Under the pieces are notes generated by a model. The model saw only the letters and a list, made by a program, of their open reading frames with translations, searched no databases and had not been told where the DNA came from. Shown here in pieces: positions 19,162 to 28,867 of a stretch of DNA of 44,504 nucleotides. The DNA is from a virus (Duplodnaviria; Heunggongvirae; Uroviricota; Caudoviricetes): IMG/VR virus record IMGVR_UViG_2537561991_000021; one strand, written 5' to 3'. Every line of letters begins with the position of its first letter. Positions within the stretch are counted from its first letter, which is position 1. The translations under genes and the position numbers were made by a program.

Positions 19162-20479
19162 TCTCGATGTCCTCGTCGGTAATGGATGCCCCGATGCCGG
19201 TTACGTCAGAATTTTCGCGCAAATCAGTCATAGCGGCTTTCAGTGTCATCAGACCATCACCCAGCGCCGTACTGATTGCGTTGGTAGTGTTTAACGCCAC
19301 CGTTGAGCGATCGACATCAGACATTTGCCAGAGCGGGTTAAACTCAAACGTGAAATCGTCCGGCAGCGGCTTGCCAAGCTCCGAACGATGCATGATGTCC
19401 AGTATCCGCCGCACCGGAAGACGTAAACGCCTCTCCTGTAACGAGCTTACCCGGTCGTAATAGTTGGCAAGGTCTGCATCGCCGGTAGAAAATCCTTTCG
19501 GGGACTGTCCGAACAACCGCACCAGTGGGATACCAACAGCGCCACTAATCTGTTCTGCAAACTGCGAAAGGATGTCATCCAGACCACTGAAGCTGTACTG
19601 ATGCGTTTCAAACTTATCCCGCGAGTCCATGAGTGTCATACCTTCATTGCTCTGGAACTGTCGAATCAGGTCGATATTCTTCAGCAACGCTTCATACGCA
19701 GGACCACCAAGTGCGATAAGCTCGCGTAGCTTCTCCACGCTGTAGGTGCGCAGATGCGCCTTGTAGACCAGCTGCGCCGCGCCGACAGTAGCGCTGTCGA
19801 ACGCGGTAAGACGATCCCAGATACGCTCTACAACCGACATTCCCCATTCGTTCTCGGTCATCTTCTGCTGAAATGGCAGCGTGACGCCATCAAAGCGAAT
19901 CAGGCGACTGTGATGAATGCGCCAGGCAGGAATTCCCGTTGCTGTGGTCACCACATCGTAAAACTCAGGTTTACCCAGGTCCGGCCCCATATCTTTAATG
20001 CGGCGGGTCAGTACCGGGTCGATCATCCAGCGGTCGAGCGGGAGAATCCCCTTAAACTTGCCCTTACCGATGGTTTCGGGTCGCAGCGGGGTCATTGGTG
20101 CCTGCCCCTCAATCATGATGAAACCCACCGCGCCGCCGTAGAGGCGCGACCATTTCAGCACGTCATTCAGCGCATCCCAGATTTGCAACTCATCCAGTTG
20201 TGATTCGAGAATGCCACGATCTTTTGCATCAATTTCCGACGTGATGCGAATGCCTTTGCGGGTCATATCATCCGGGATAGCATCGACTGCTTCGCCGATG
20301 ATCCAGGATGAACGATAGGACCATTCCACCAGCATGCGGTTACGACTGGTGAAATTAGCCCGGTAGGTGGATGCTGAGTGCTGGTTAGGTGTCTGCATCC
20401 CTACGCGGGCAATAAAATTCTCATAACCATCAGCTGTGGCCTGCGCAGTTCGCCGCAGGGCTTGTTTGTTTCGTGCCAT
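19013..20479 (-). CDS. portal protein
   Basis: 488 aa immediately downstream of the large terminase (ATGA overlap), with an acidic C-terminus. Confidence 0.75.
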   Translation of the reverse strand: MARNKQALRRTAQATADGYENFIARVGMQTPNQHSASTYRANFTSRNRMLVEWSYRSSWIIGEAVDAIPDDMTRKGIRITSEIDAKDRGILESQLDELQIWDALNDVLKWSRLYGGAVGFIMIEGQAPMTPLRPETIGKGKFKGILPLDRWMIDPVLTRRIKDMGPDLGKPEFYDVVTTATGIPAWRIHHSRLIRFDGVTLPFQQKMTENEWGMSVVERIWDRLTAFDSATVGAAQLVYKAHLRTYSVEKLRELIALGGPAYEALLKNIDLIRQFQSNEGMTLMDSRDKFETHQYSFSGLDDILSQFAEQISGAVGIPLVRLFGQSPKGFSTGDADLANYYDRVSSLQERRLRLPVRRILDIMHRSELGKPLPDDFTFEFNPLWQMSDVDRSTVALNTTNAISTALGDGLMTLKAAMTDLRENSDVTGIGASITDEDIENAEDEAPPGIGESDDEPQEPSGGNPLSNQPTQDSAGGRRHRKWSLRWFK

Positions 20480-22101
20480 CAGGCCTGTCTCCCTAGCAGC
20501 TCCCAGATGTTCAGGGCTGAATTCATTGGGGCATAGTTGATCATCACCGAGTCGGCAAGGTTTGGCGATCGGGTTCCATCAGGCTGTTTATCAATAACGA
20601 TTTTTCCCACACCATTAATGGAATAGGTCGGCTGCGAAAGCTCGATGATGAGTTTATCTTTGAGTGCCATGCTACTGCTGATTGAGATGATTTCGTCCGG
20701 GTTGTAAGCCATACCTTCAACCACGGCGCGCCAGGTATTCTGAAAAAGTTTACGTAACCGCCACCAGCTCTGGGCTTTGGCGTTAGCGAAGAAGTCCTTG
20801 TTCAGACGTGCGGCTTGCCCGTTGTCCCCGCGAACAGCTTCATCATCCGGATCAAATACCGCGCCACTACCTCGAAACGGTGTGGCAAGTATTGACGGTC
20901 GACGCGCAGCGTTACGCAGTTCGTTGATAGCGCGTGCATCGCCGCGAACGCCAGCGCCCAGCCCGTCCTCGTCAAAGCGAAACTCTTCGAGGTTGTCCTG
21001 TTCGCAAAAGCCGAAAACCTTCTCGACGGACTGATAAATGTCGCTGCCCACACCGGACCATTCCCGCACATTTTCCAGGAGGAAGCCATGACGGGTGGAA
21101 AAGGCATTTTTGTCCCTGCCTTCGTCGGCGACATCCATCGCGCCAAGTCGTTTGCCTGTTGGCTGGATACCCAGTTTGATATGCGCATCAACGGCAGCCT
21201 GTACCCATTCGGATGGAATCAGAACGCCTTCCGCTGATGCGCTGTAGTTCAGATCAAGTTCCTGTGCCACCACCACCGGATTATCGATTTTCTCGCATTC
21301 CCTGCGATACCACTCTTCATCCTTGCGAGGATCATCCCGCCAGTGGAATGTGAATACCGGTATCTTCCCGCCATGACGCTTCTGAGCGAACGGGTTAGCC
21401 ATGCCGTTAACTGAACTCAGGTCGATACGGCAACGCGTCGTTTGTGACAACGCCGCATCAATCAGCAGAGGACGCTGAAGGAATGCAGCCTCATCAACCA
21501 GATAAAGCGTGGTACGGTCACCACGACCAATATTATCGCCAGCCTCGCCTTTGATAACGGCACCAGTTTCAGGAAACTCAACACGCATATATGGCGCGTG
21601 CTTCTTCTCGCTCCACGAACCGCGAAACTCTACAGGTAGCGTTTCCACGAACTTGCGTGCCTTCCAGAACAATGCTTTCGGGTCACCGGTGCTGTCGACG
21701 TATTCCTCTTTACGGGAGCCGAAACCGATAACCATTTCTTTGTTGAAGAGACAAAGCGAGCAGGCCAGTCCGATCGCGGTCCAACTGAGCCCCATTTCAC
21801 GGGATTTTTCGGTAATACCATTCTCCCGATTGCCCCAGCGTTCCATAATCCAGTGGATCCACTCCTCCTGCTTAGGGAAGAGTAAAAACGGAATGGTCAC
21901 CGGCAGGCCATAATCAATATTACGCGGGTCCGTTGTCATGCCCCAGTCGATGATGAACTGAGCCGGATTGGTTCGGTAAAACTGCTTCAATACGGGCAAT
22001 ATTTCAGGATTCTGGCGAATGCGCTGTAGGCGTTCCATCCGCCATTCAAAAACCATCTGGTAATCAGGATGTTTAAAATCGAAGGGGAATGGTAACGGCA
22101 T
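20479..22101 (-). CDS. terminase large subunit
   Basis: 540 aa; Walker B-like LYLVDEAAF; sits between the small terminase and portal genes. Confidence 0.8.
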   Translation of the reverse strand: MPLPFPFDFKHPDYQMVFEWRMERLQRIRQNPEILPVLKQFYRTNPAQFIIDWGMTTDPRNIDYGLPVTIPFLLFPKQEEWIHWIMERWGNRENGITEKSREMGLSWTAIGLACSLCLFNKEMVIGFGSRKEEYVDSTGDPKALFWKARKFVETLPVEFRGSWSEKKHAPYMRVEFPETGAVIKGEAGDNIGRGDRTTLYLVDEAAFLQRPLLIDAALSQTTRCRIDLSSVNGMANPFAQKRHGGKIPVFTFHWRDDPRKDEEWYRRECEKIDNPVVVAQELDLNYSASAEGVLIPSEWVQAAVDAHIKLGIQPTGKRLGAMDVADEGRDKNAFSTRHGFLLENVREWSGVGSDIYQSVEKVFGFCEQDNLEEFRFDEDGLGAGVRGDARAINELRNAARRPSILATPFRGSGAVFDPDDEAVRGDNGQAARLNKDFFANAKAQSWWRLRKLFQNTWRAVVEGMAYNPDEIISISSSMALKDKLIIELSQPTYSINGVGKIVIDKQPDGTRSPNLADSVMINYAPMNSALNIWELLGRQA

Positions 22102-22103
22102 AC

Positions 22104-22676
22104 TTAGCCCATCATTTTTCTATACGCCTCTGCAGCCTGCTCCGGCGTTAAGTTGGTAATTTCTGTTCTGACGGGTCCTCCATCAGCGCCAGTCACTTCA
22201 TTTTTGACGTTGTCTTTAAACGCCTGAACAGAAACATGACGCCCAAGCAACTCAAGGTTTTTAACCTTATCAGGCCACTTAATCTTTTTAAGGATCCCGA
22301 CCATTTCTCTGTCATCTCCTCGCCCCTCAAACATTTCAGCGAGGTTAAATCCACTCAGGTACCGACGCCACGATTCCGGCCACGCAGACAGAGGCTTAAT
22401 ACTTAAATCGTCCTCCAGGATGTCAGCCACATCGAGCCTGTCGATCTCAACCAGTCGCATCAGCACATAATTAGCATCAATGCCCAGTTGATCAATACGC
22501 TCCTGCTTTAGCTCGTTAATACGGGCGCGTATCTCAGGTTTACCGTATAGTTCAGCCCCCGTAACATGTGCTCGCCTGGAGACGTAGCCTGCGCGAATAG
22601 CTGCTTGTGTAGCATTCAGATCGACAAGAAACTCGCGACAAAACACCTCGTGTTTTGCTTTCAGCTTCTTAGTCAT
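22104..22676 (-). CDS. terminase small subunit
   Basis: 190 aa immediately upstream of the large terminase, first gene after the lysis cassette. Confidence 0.7.
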   Translation of the reverse strand: MTKKLKAKHEVFCREFLVDLNATQAAIRAGYVSRRAHVTGAELYGKPEIRARINELKQERIDQLGIDANYVLMRLVEIDRLDVADILEDDLSIKPLSAWPESWRRYLSGFNLAEMFEGRGDDREMVGILKKIKWPDKVKNLELLGRHVSVQAFKDNVKNEVTGADGGPVRTEITNLTPEQAAEAYRKMMG

Positions 22677-22737
22677 TTTATTTTCCAGTTATCAGGTCAT
22701 TATCGAAGCCCCTCCTGGAAGAGCTTCTGTAATGCTA

Positions 22738-23262
22738 TTACCGGGACTGTTCTATTTGTCGGACACCAGCCAACTGGTTATTCGCCTTCTCGATGGCTGC
22801 CAACAGTGGGTTAATCCACAGAACAGCCTGGCAATATGTCAACGTTCTGGTGGTAGTGGCACGATCACCGGCTGAGTCAATGTCCCCGGAATCGGCGTGC
22901 AATGCGCTGGCGCGTAAACGGTTCGCGTAGTTGAGCAACCCGACAGCAATATCAACAGGAACAGGGAAATCACAGTTCTTTTCACGGAGCAGAACCTCAC
23001 GGTATTTGATGACTGTCTTCTCGTGACCGATGTCGACCAGAGAATTTAATCGGCTTGCGTTTTCTGCTATCTGGTTAAAACGATTGAAGTTTAATGCCTG
23101 ATTAGCTATCACTTTCCCTTGATATTCAGCTTCACCTTCCGCTTTATCAGCCCGCAACTTTTCTGCCTGATACTTGCTGTGGTAATGGTTTGCAGACCAG
23201 ACGAGCGCCCCAAAGGCAGAGAAGAAAAATGCCGCGATGACAATCTTATAAGTCAGCTTCAT
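22738..23262 (-). CDS. lysis protein, Rz-like i-spanin candidate
   Basis: N-terminal transmembrane helix (IVIAAFFFSAFGALVW) followed by a charged, predicted coiled-coil region; overlaps the endolysin 3' end. Confidence 0.6.
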   Translation of the reverse strand: MKLTYKIVIAAFFFSAFGALVWSANHYHSKYQAEKLRADKAEGEAEYQGKVIANQALNFNRFNQIAENASRLNSLVDIGHEKTVIKYREVLLREKNCDFPVPVDIAVGLLNYANRLRASALHADSGDIDSAGDRATTTRTLTYCQAVLWINPLLAAIEKANNQLAGVRQIEQSR

Positions 23263-23722
23263 TTACCACCCCACCAGCATCTTTAAACCTGGAAATCAGG
23301 TCACCGATTTTATGTTCATACTGACCGTAACCTGCACCAGGTAACGACGCCCAGATATTGCTGCAACGGTCGATTGCCTGACGAATATCGCCACGGTCAA
23401 TCATCGGTAAAGCGCCACGCTCTTTAATCTGCTGCAGCGCCACAGCGTCCTGACTTTCTGGCGAAAAATCTTTCAGGCCAAGCTGCTTGCGGTAGGCATC
23501 CCACCAGCGTGAAAGAAGCTGATACCGGCCTGCGGCTGTTGATTTAAGCTTCGGGTTTAGCGTGACAAGTTTGCGAGGGTGATCGGAGTAATCAGTGAAC
23601 AACTCACCTCCGACGATAACGTCATAACCGTGATTACGTGTCGGTTGTCGCCCGTTATCCGTTCCTTCTGACCATGCCACCATATCCAGGAAAGCTTTGC
23701 GTTGGGAATTTAGTGTCTGCAT
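23246..23722 (-). CDS. R: endolysin, lambda R-like lytic transglycosylase
   Basis: 158 aa; MQTLNSQRKAFLDMVAWSEGTDNGRQPTRNHGYDVIVGGELFTDYSDHPRKL is nearly identical to lambda R as recalled from memory. Confidence 0.9.
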   Translation of the reverse strand: MQTLNSQRKAFLDMVAWSEGTDNGRQPTRNHGYDVIVGGELFTDYSDHPRKLVTLNPKLKSTAAGRYQLLSRWWDAYRKQLGLKDFSPESQDAVALQQIKERGALPMIDRGDIRQAIDRCSNIWASLPGAGYGQYEHKIGDLISRFKDAGGVVNEADL

Positions 23723-23725
23723 GAA

Positions 23726-24067
23726 TTACTCCTTAGAGCCACCAAACTTGTTACCGATTACTCGCATTGCAGCCCCACGAATAGCATCGACACCGATCAG
23801 CCCAACACCACCACCAATGGCAACAGAAAGAGATTTAGGCCATCCAACATACTCAAGAGCGGATGCAAAGGTCAGCGTCAGAGCACCACAGAGCAAAATC
23901 TCAAGCGTTTTTCGTTTCCAGCCGCCGCCACCGCCAAAATAGGCAATGCGCAAGCCAGCCATAACAATTGACATAACCACTGCGCCCAACGGCGTATCTC
24001 CACGCCACCAACTTTGTAAGAGTTCCAGTAAGTCAGGCCAGGAATGAGGAGCATTGTGCATTTTCAT
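23726..24067 (-). CDS. holin with dual-start motif
   Basis: Begins MKMHNAPHSW (Met-Lys-Met as in lambda S107/S105), preceded by a GGAGGTG RBS, and has hydrophobic helices. The ORF-track start at 24085 includes the RBS. Confidence 0.8.
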   Translation of the reverse strand: MKMHNAPHSWPDLLELLQSWWRGDTPLGAVVMSIVMAGLRIAYFGGGGGWKRKTLEILLCGALTLTFASALEYVGWPKSLSVAIGGGVGLIGVDAIRGAAMRVIGNKFGGSKE

Positions 24068-24163
24068 ACTTCCCACCTCCGCCATTACGGGGTGTTGTTG
24101 AAAGGCGGGCCCTGCGTATACGCCCGTAGGATTGGGTTATGAGCCGTCCTTCGGTGGGCCCTG

Positions 24164-24191
24164 AATACAAAAAAAGTTCGCCATAGCGAAC
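24164..24191 (-). terminator. rho-independent terminator in the Q-to-holin region
   Basis: Minus-strand hairpin GTTCGC-TATG-GCGAAC followed by TTTTTTTGTATT. Confidence 0.65.
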
Positions 24192-24418
24192 CTTGTTAAA
24201 TTTGTTAAAAAAGGAAGTTATTTAACATAATGTACGTTATAGGAACCACACGATCCCCGCTCGCAATAGATTTGCGATGAAAGGCCTATTTAATCAACTT
24301 AAGTGGTCCAGAATGACGAAATTCGAGTGAATAAAAGGTGCATAAAAAAGGGCAAAAACTGCATAGCGTTTTTTCGCAGCGAAAGCCCTGTTTTATTAGC
24401 TTTTCCCCAGAATGGGGC

Positions 24419-24445
24419 AATAAAAAAGGCCCCCTTGCGGAAGCC
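24419..24445 (-). terminator. second rho-independent terminator in the Q-to-holin region
   Basis: Minus-strand stem GGCTTCC-GCAA-GGGGGCC (two G-U pairs, GNRA-type loop) followed by TTTTTTATT. Confidence 0.55.
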
Positions 24446-24512
24446 TCTTCGTGATGAACTGTTTTCAACAGATATCAGGCTAATCGGCTTTTTGGAATTC
24501 CACAACTATTTT

Positions 24513-24853
24513 TTATCTTACCTTGATGCCTGATGCCGTCAGATGTTTACGACAGTCCTGAATACCTTCGTTATAACCCGCATCGTAGAAGCTATCCGGC
24601 TTTGCCTTCAGCGCAGGAAGCGTAACGCTGGTAGCTCTTCGTTCGGCCAGAACACCTGCCTGAAAGAGTGTCCACATCAACTGAACTGCTGAATCACAGT
24701 AAGTAACATCTTCACTGTACAATTCTCGTTCAATCCGATGCCAAGTTGAGCCTTCATTGATGCGCCAATATTACCTTTGACCTGCAACGACAGGTCTGGG
24801 TACCTCTGTTCCATGAAGCTTTCAAATCTGTTGCGAACGCTGATCAGAGCCAT
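24513..24853 (-). pseudogene. frameshifted hypothetical gene directly after Q
   Basis: A 58-codon ATG ORF with an AAGGGA RBS (MALISVRNRFESFMEQ...) overlaps a -1-frame ORF of 69 aa or more (24513..24722). No slippery heptamer is visible in the overlap. Confidence 0.4.
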
Positions 24854-24884
24854 CTGGTTCCCTTACGTGATTGATTGCTGGATA

Positions 24885-25307
24885 TTATGCCGCCGAGCAG
24901 CTCCTACGCAAAGTCCTGATAGCCTGAGGCTTTGACTGAACCGACTGATCCATTTCGAGCACCACATCCAGCATGGCTAAGCAACCGTCAATAAATCCCT
25001 CTGCCGCCTGAAGCCTCTTCAGAACGTGGGTGTGAGATACGCCGAGCTTCTCACCCATCGCCCGCACGGGCATGGCCTGGACGTAATGCCACTCAAGGAG
25101 CGTGCACAGATACGGATCTTTTTTCTTCAGGCAGCTCATAGCGGAGTTGATGATAAGACCGTCATTGTCACTGCATTTCAGCCTTCCAGACTGCGTCGCG
25201 GGTAGCAGATTCTTAAACCCGGCTGCAACAGGAGGAAAGTAGACGCTACCACCTTCACTCGCTGCCCAGCCACCCCAGCGCTCTAAAACCTGTTGAATAT
25301 TACGCAT
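24885..25307 (-). CDS. Q: late-gene antiterminator Q (QuuD-like)
   Basis: 140 aa; MRNIQQVLERWGGWAA...AAGFK...LLEWHYV...KRLQAAEGFIDGCL resembles DLP12 QuuD-type antiterminators as recalled; located upstream of the lysis cassette. Confidence 0.8.
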   Translation of the reverse strand: MRNIQQVLERWGGWAASEGGSVYFPPVAAGFKNLLPATQSGRLKCSDNDGLIINSAMSCLKKKDPYLCTLLEWHYVQAMPVRAMGEKLGVSHTHVLKRLQAAEGFIDGCLAMLDVVLEMDQSVQSKPQAIRTLRRSCSAA

Positions 25308-25436
25308 AGCTCTGACCTCTACGTTTTGCTACGAAAAAATTTTCTGAGAACCACGTCTGTTTATCCGTGGGTGTGGATAACGCAGTTCCGATTCGCTTAT
25401 TACACGCTGTTATGTGCAAAAAATTCCTTGTTCGGC

Positions 25437-25608
25437 CTGTACCAATCTGTACCCACCTGTACCAGCTCTTTTCAAACCTTTTCCCCAAGCGACTTATATA
25501 TATATATGGGGTTCTTAGTAATTAGGTTGGTACAGATGGTACAGTTGGTACTGACCTTTAAATTCAATTAGTTAAAATGTACCAACCTCTATTTTGAGGC
25601 TGGTACAG
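25437..25608. repeat. iteron-like heptamer array flanking a (TA)7 tract; candidate replication origin
   Basis: CTGTACC at 25437, 25447 and 25457 (10-bp phasing); (TA)n at about 25494..25507; inverted copies GGTACAG at 25529, 25539 and 25602, GGTACTG at 25548, TGTACC at 25578. Confidence 0.6.
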
Positions 25609-27781
25609 GTTGGGACACCGCCTCAAAAATTCGAGTCATTTTCCCCCCAATTCGCCTTTGGGCACGCTTATACCCGCAATTTTGCAAAACATTACTAATT
25701 CGCATTTCTTCGCGTTTTCCGATGCGGTCAGGATTTAGCCCAATCGCATCACGCAAAACATCACTTGCGCGTAAAAATTCGCAATTTCGCGGAAGTTCAT
25801 TAGTCATCAGGTCTGGCGTGTCGAGCCATTTCTCTACCGTTTCAAGCCAAGCATCCTTGATGGTGTACTGTTCATGGACACTCGCTGCCAGTTGTTCAGC
25901 CTCACGGAACTGGATACCCCCCAGACGCTGAAACACCTCACGAGCCTCAGCCCAAAGTAAAAGGAGATCTCTTTTTATCGCTTTCACGTCGACTTTCGAC
26001 ACTTCCACGGGGAGCCAGCGACGGTTACCAGTCTTGTCCGCAAGGAATTCGTCCTCATTGGTGGTACCAACGAACACCAGGCGACGAGGAAACTGGGTGG
26101 CGAACTCCCGGTATTTCGGGATCCAGTTTTCGTGAGTACGCGTCACAAACGCTTTGATTGACTCCAGCTCTTTGGTATTAAGTCCGCGCAGTTCACCAAT
26201 CTCTGCCACCAGCCGACCACGCATTTTTCGAGCGAGATCATCGTCTTTTTCGGCAAAAGAGATTTCAGTAAAAAACGCAGGATCAGGGCTCAGTGCCTCC
26301 ACTCCGGAAGACTTACCGCAGCCCTGCGGACCAACGAGGATCGGCACCATATCCGCTTTGATGCCTGGCTCCAGTACTCGCCCCGCCAACGCGGTCCACA
26401 TGTACATAGACACCGCACGGGTATAAGGCGTGTCGGCTGTACCGAAGTGCGTATGGTAGAAACATTCGATGCGCGGCACGCCATCCCACTCCAGCCCGTT
26501 CAGCCAGGTAATCGCTGAATCGAATGGTTGTTCATCGGCTGCAAGTAACACCACATCGCGAATAAGTTCACGACCAACAGGTTTAAATCCCCGCTTTTCC
26601 ATCGTGATGCGCAGGCGCGCATAATCCGCATCGGTGAATGCTCGCCATTGTCCGGATCCTGCAGAGGCAAACATGATTTCGTCGCGGAACTGGTCAAAGC
26701 GAATATCGATGTCCACAAAATCAGGGCGTACTACTGCTTTGGCTGCGTTGCTGATGGTTGCCTCGATACGCCCCCATTTATCACGCTCGAAAGCAGGCAG
26801 CGGTAAAGGTTCCGCCACTTCGGTGCTGGTCAGATCTTCGAAATCGTCGTTGCGGATCCCGATGGCATTAAGGAAATCTCCGTCATCACGATGCGCACAA
26901 CTGGCATGCAGGCATTTAAAATGCCCCTGCTCAAAGCCCGCGGTTCCCGCAGGAAAATAAGCTGTGCTTGTTGGATCGCCCCCGCTACTGTGGCCGTCTT
27001 CAAACGGACAGCGGATATATCGTTCACCATTTGCGCCATCCAGCAGCGTCCAGCCATTGGCATCAAGATATTCAGCTGTATCATCCGTCGCGCCGGGCGT
27101 GAATGCTGATCGGTCGCGCATCTTCGTGTTGCCCGCTTCGGTGGTTACCGACACAGGGAGTTGTTCAGCCAGGCGCTGCCACAGCGTTTCAAGCTGCTCA
27201 CCAGTAATAGCCGGAGGTTCATCCGGCAAACCACCGTCCCATTCAATACGCGCGCCGCTGCTGTGCGTACCACAGGCAACGAACTGCTGCCCGTTCGCCA
27301 GCAACTCGATAATGCCCATATCCCCCGCCAGGCGATGGATACGCTTACAGAAATCACCATCAACGGCCAGCAGATACAGACACTTATTACTGTTTGCTCG
27401 CCAGCGTCGCGGCGGCAACTCCCCCAGAAGTTGCACAAGCGTTTTGCGAATATCTGCCTGAATGTCTTCATCTTCGCTATCGCAGTCCAGCGCCAGCCAG
27501 CCATGGCCTGTACGCACGCAGATGCCATAATCCGGTTCATTCGACCAGCGGGCAAAATCATGCTCAGTAACAACATACCCGGTCCATTGAGCAATACCGG
27601 TGACCTGGCGGTCCCGGTTATAGCGACTTGGCGTCTTACCCAGCGCTTTCAGTTTACTATCAGGGGATATGGTCGCACCGGGGTTACATACAACTGGGAG
27701 AAGATGATCAGTTCTCCCCAATACCAGGTCGAAATGAAACCACTCATCAGGCGTAGCTCCCCATGGTTTGCTATCGGACAT
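25589..27781 (-). CDS. DNA primase / replication initiator with C-terminal P-loop NTPase
   Basis: 730 aa; Walker A GPQGCGKSS; Cys/His cluster CPFEDGH...CLHASCAH; tightly coupled to the cro-like gene (TAACCCATG). Confidence 0.7.
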   Translation of the reverse strand: MSDSKPWGATPDEWFHFDLVLGRTDHLLPVVCNPGATISPDSKLKALGKTPSRYNRDRQVTGIAQWTGYVVTEHDFARWSNEPDYGICVRTGHGWLALDCDSEDEDIQADIRKTLVQLLGELPPRRWRANSNKCLYLLAVDGDFCKRIHRLAGDMGIIELLANGQQFVACGTHSSGARIEWDGGLPDEPPAITGEQLETLWQRLAEQLPVSVTTEAGNTKMRDRSAFTPGATDDTAEYLDANGWTLLDGANGERYIRCPFEDGHSSGGDPTSTAYFPAGTAGFEQGHFKCLHASCAHRDDGDFLNAIGIRNDDFEDLTSTEVAEPLPLPAFERDKWGRIEATISNAAKAVVRPDFVDIDIRFDQFRDEIMFASAGSGQWRAFTDADYARLRITMEKRGFKPVGRELIRDVVLLAADEQPFDSAITWLNGLEWDGVPRIECFYHTHFGTADTPYTRAVSMYMWTALAGRVLEPGIKADMVPILVGPQGCGKSSGVEALSPDPAFFTEISFAEKDDDLARKMRGRLVAEIGELRGLNTKELESIKAFVTRTHENWIPKYREFATQFPRRLVFVGTTNEDEFLADKTGNRRWLPVEVSKVDVKAIKRDLLLLWAEAREVFQRLGGIQFREAEQLAASVHEQYTIKDAWLETVEKWLDTPDLMTNELPRNCEFLRASDVLRDAIGLNPDRIGKREEMRISNVLQNCGYKRAQRRIGGKMTRIFEAVSQPVPASK

Positions 27782-27784
27782 GGG

Positions 27785-27997
27785 TTAAGCCTTTTTATCG
27801 TTTTGTGAGCCATACAACAGCCAATTAGGGTCGCAATCCAATGCTATAGACATTTCAAGAAGATAACGTGGCCGAGCAATAACACCACTTTCAATTCTGT
27901 TTATTGCCTGCTGGCTCACTCCTGTGAGCTCAGCCAACGTAACTTGCGTCATTTTGAGTTCTTTACGTCGTTCTTTTACTCGGGTCGCTAAGGTCAT
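27785..27997 (-). CDS. Cro-like HTH (XRE family) regulator
   Basis: 70 aa from the ATG at 27997 with a GAGGTG RBS; HTH region QVTLAELTGVSQQAINRIESG; divergent from the CI-like gene. Confidence 0.75.
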   Translation of the reverse strand: MTLATRVKERRKELKMTQVTLAELTGVSQQAINRIESGVIARPRYLLEMSIALDCDPNWLLYGSQNDKKA

Positions 27998-28117
27998 TGC
28001 TTTCACCTCATACAATTTTAGTGGTATTTAGCAACAACAAATGAGGTTTGTCAAATACAACAAAAATTGTTTTTAATGTGGGTATACACATTAATACAAC
28101 CCAGAAGGACTAATCCC
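27998..28117. promoter_or_regulatory. divergent promoter/operator region of the immunity switch
   Basis: Inverted repeats ACAAA-N5-TTTGT (28037..28051) and ATACAA-N6-TTGTTT (28055..28072); TTGACA on the minus strand and TTGTCA-N18-TTTAAT on the plus strand. Confidence 0.55.
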
Positions 28118-28741
28118 ATGTCTCTCGCAGCCCGTTTTAAAGCACGTCGTTTGGAATTAGGAATGACTCAAGTGGAAGTAGCGAATTCTGCAGGGGTTAG
28201 CCAACAATCCATAGAATCCATCGAAAGTGGACGAACCAGAAAGCCACGCAATCTTCTGGATCTGGCTAAGGCCTTGAAATGTAGCCCAGACTGGCTACTG
28301 AACGGTAAAAATATTATGCCTCTCGCGGAGATAAGTACCAGACGCATACCTATATTAAGTTACGTTCAGGCAGGAGAGCTTACAGAAGCAAGAGACATAA
28401 CAGATCTGACAGGGGAATTTGAATATATTTTGGCAGACTCTGACATTCCAGAAACATGCTTCGCATTACGTATTGATGGCGACAGCATGCAACCAGAGTT
28501 TAAAGAAGGAGACATTGTTATCATCGATCCTGATCTATGTCCTGCACCAGGGGAGTTTGTTGTCGCCAAAAACGACGGTCACGAAGCTACATTTAAAAAA
28601 TACCGTCCATTAGGAATCGGCATCGACGACTTTGAATTAATCCCCCTAAATCCTGATTACCCTATTTTTCGTAGTGCAGATATGAACTTACAGATCATAG
28701 GTGTAATGATCGAACACCGTATTTACCGCCGTAAACGTTAG
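28118..28741 (+). CDS. CI-like repressor (HTH-XRE plus LexA-type S24 peptidase domain)
   Basis: N-terminal HTH (MTQVEVANSAGVSQQSIESIESG) and C-terminal autoprotease signature (GDSM...K). ATG at 28118 with an AGAAGGA RBS; the ORF track extends to 28067. Confidence 0.8.
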   Translation: MSLAARFKARRLELGMTQVEVANSAGVSQQSIESIESGRTRKPRNLLDLAKALKCSPDWLLNGKNIMPLAEISTRRIPILSYVQAGELTEARDITDLTGEFEYILADSDIPETCFALRIDGDSMQPEFKEGDIVIIDPDLCPAPGEFVVAKNDGHEATFKKYRPLGIGIDDFELIPLNPDYPIFRSADMNLQIIGVMIEHRIYRRKR

Positions 28742-28757
28742 TATTCCCACCGTAAAT

Positions 28758-28777
28758 ATCGGGAGGCGTAACAGCCT
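28758..28777 (+). terminator. hairpin after the CI-like gene (possible terminator)
   Basis: GGGAGGC-GTAACA-GCCTCCC stem-loop 17 nt after the stop; weak T-tract. Confidence 0.4.
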
Positions 28778-28867
28778 CCCTTACCCCATTTGTAAAGTCT
28801 TACAAATTAAATTCACTTAAATATCAATAAAGTAGTATTCACACCCCACAAAATACCACGTTTGCGG

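Noticed and set aside
22738-23262. Embedded Rz1-type o-spanin inside the spanin gene
   Set aside because: I could not identify a lipobox-containing ORF in the alternative frames by eye; one below 60 aa may exist but is not supportable without systematic translation.
24286-24533. Overlapping 60 to 76 aa ORFs on both strands (24286..24468, 24299..24505, 24303..24533)
   Set aside because: Mutually overlapping, no convincing RBS, and they coincide with the terminator hairpins; more likely non-coding regulatory sequence.
24086-24884. Toxin or tRNA cargo in the Q-to-holin slot
   Set aside because: Only short ORFs and terminators are present; nothing resembles an AB5 toxin subunit or a tRNA.
25494-25507. 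(TA)7 microsatellite as a possible CRISPR or other repeat array
   Set aside because: Single short dinucleotide run with no spacer-repeat organisation; better explained as the AT-rich element of the candidate origin.
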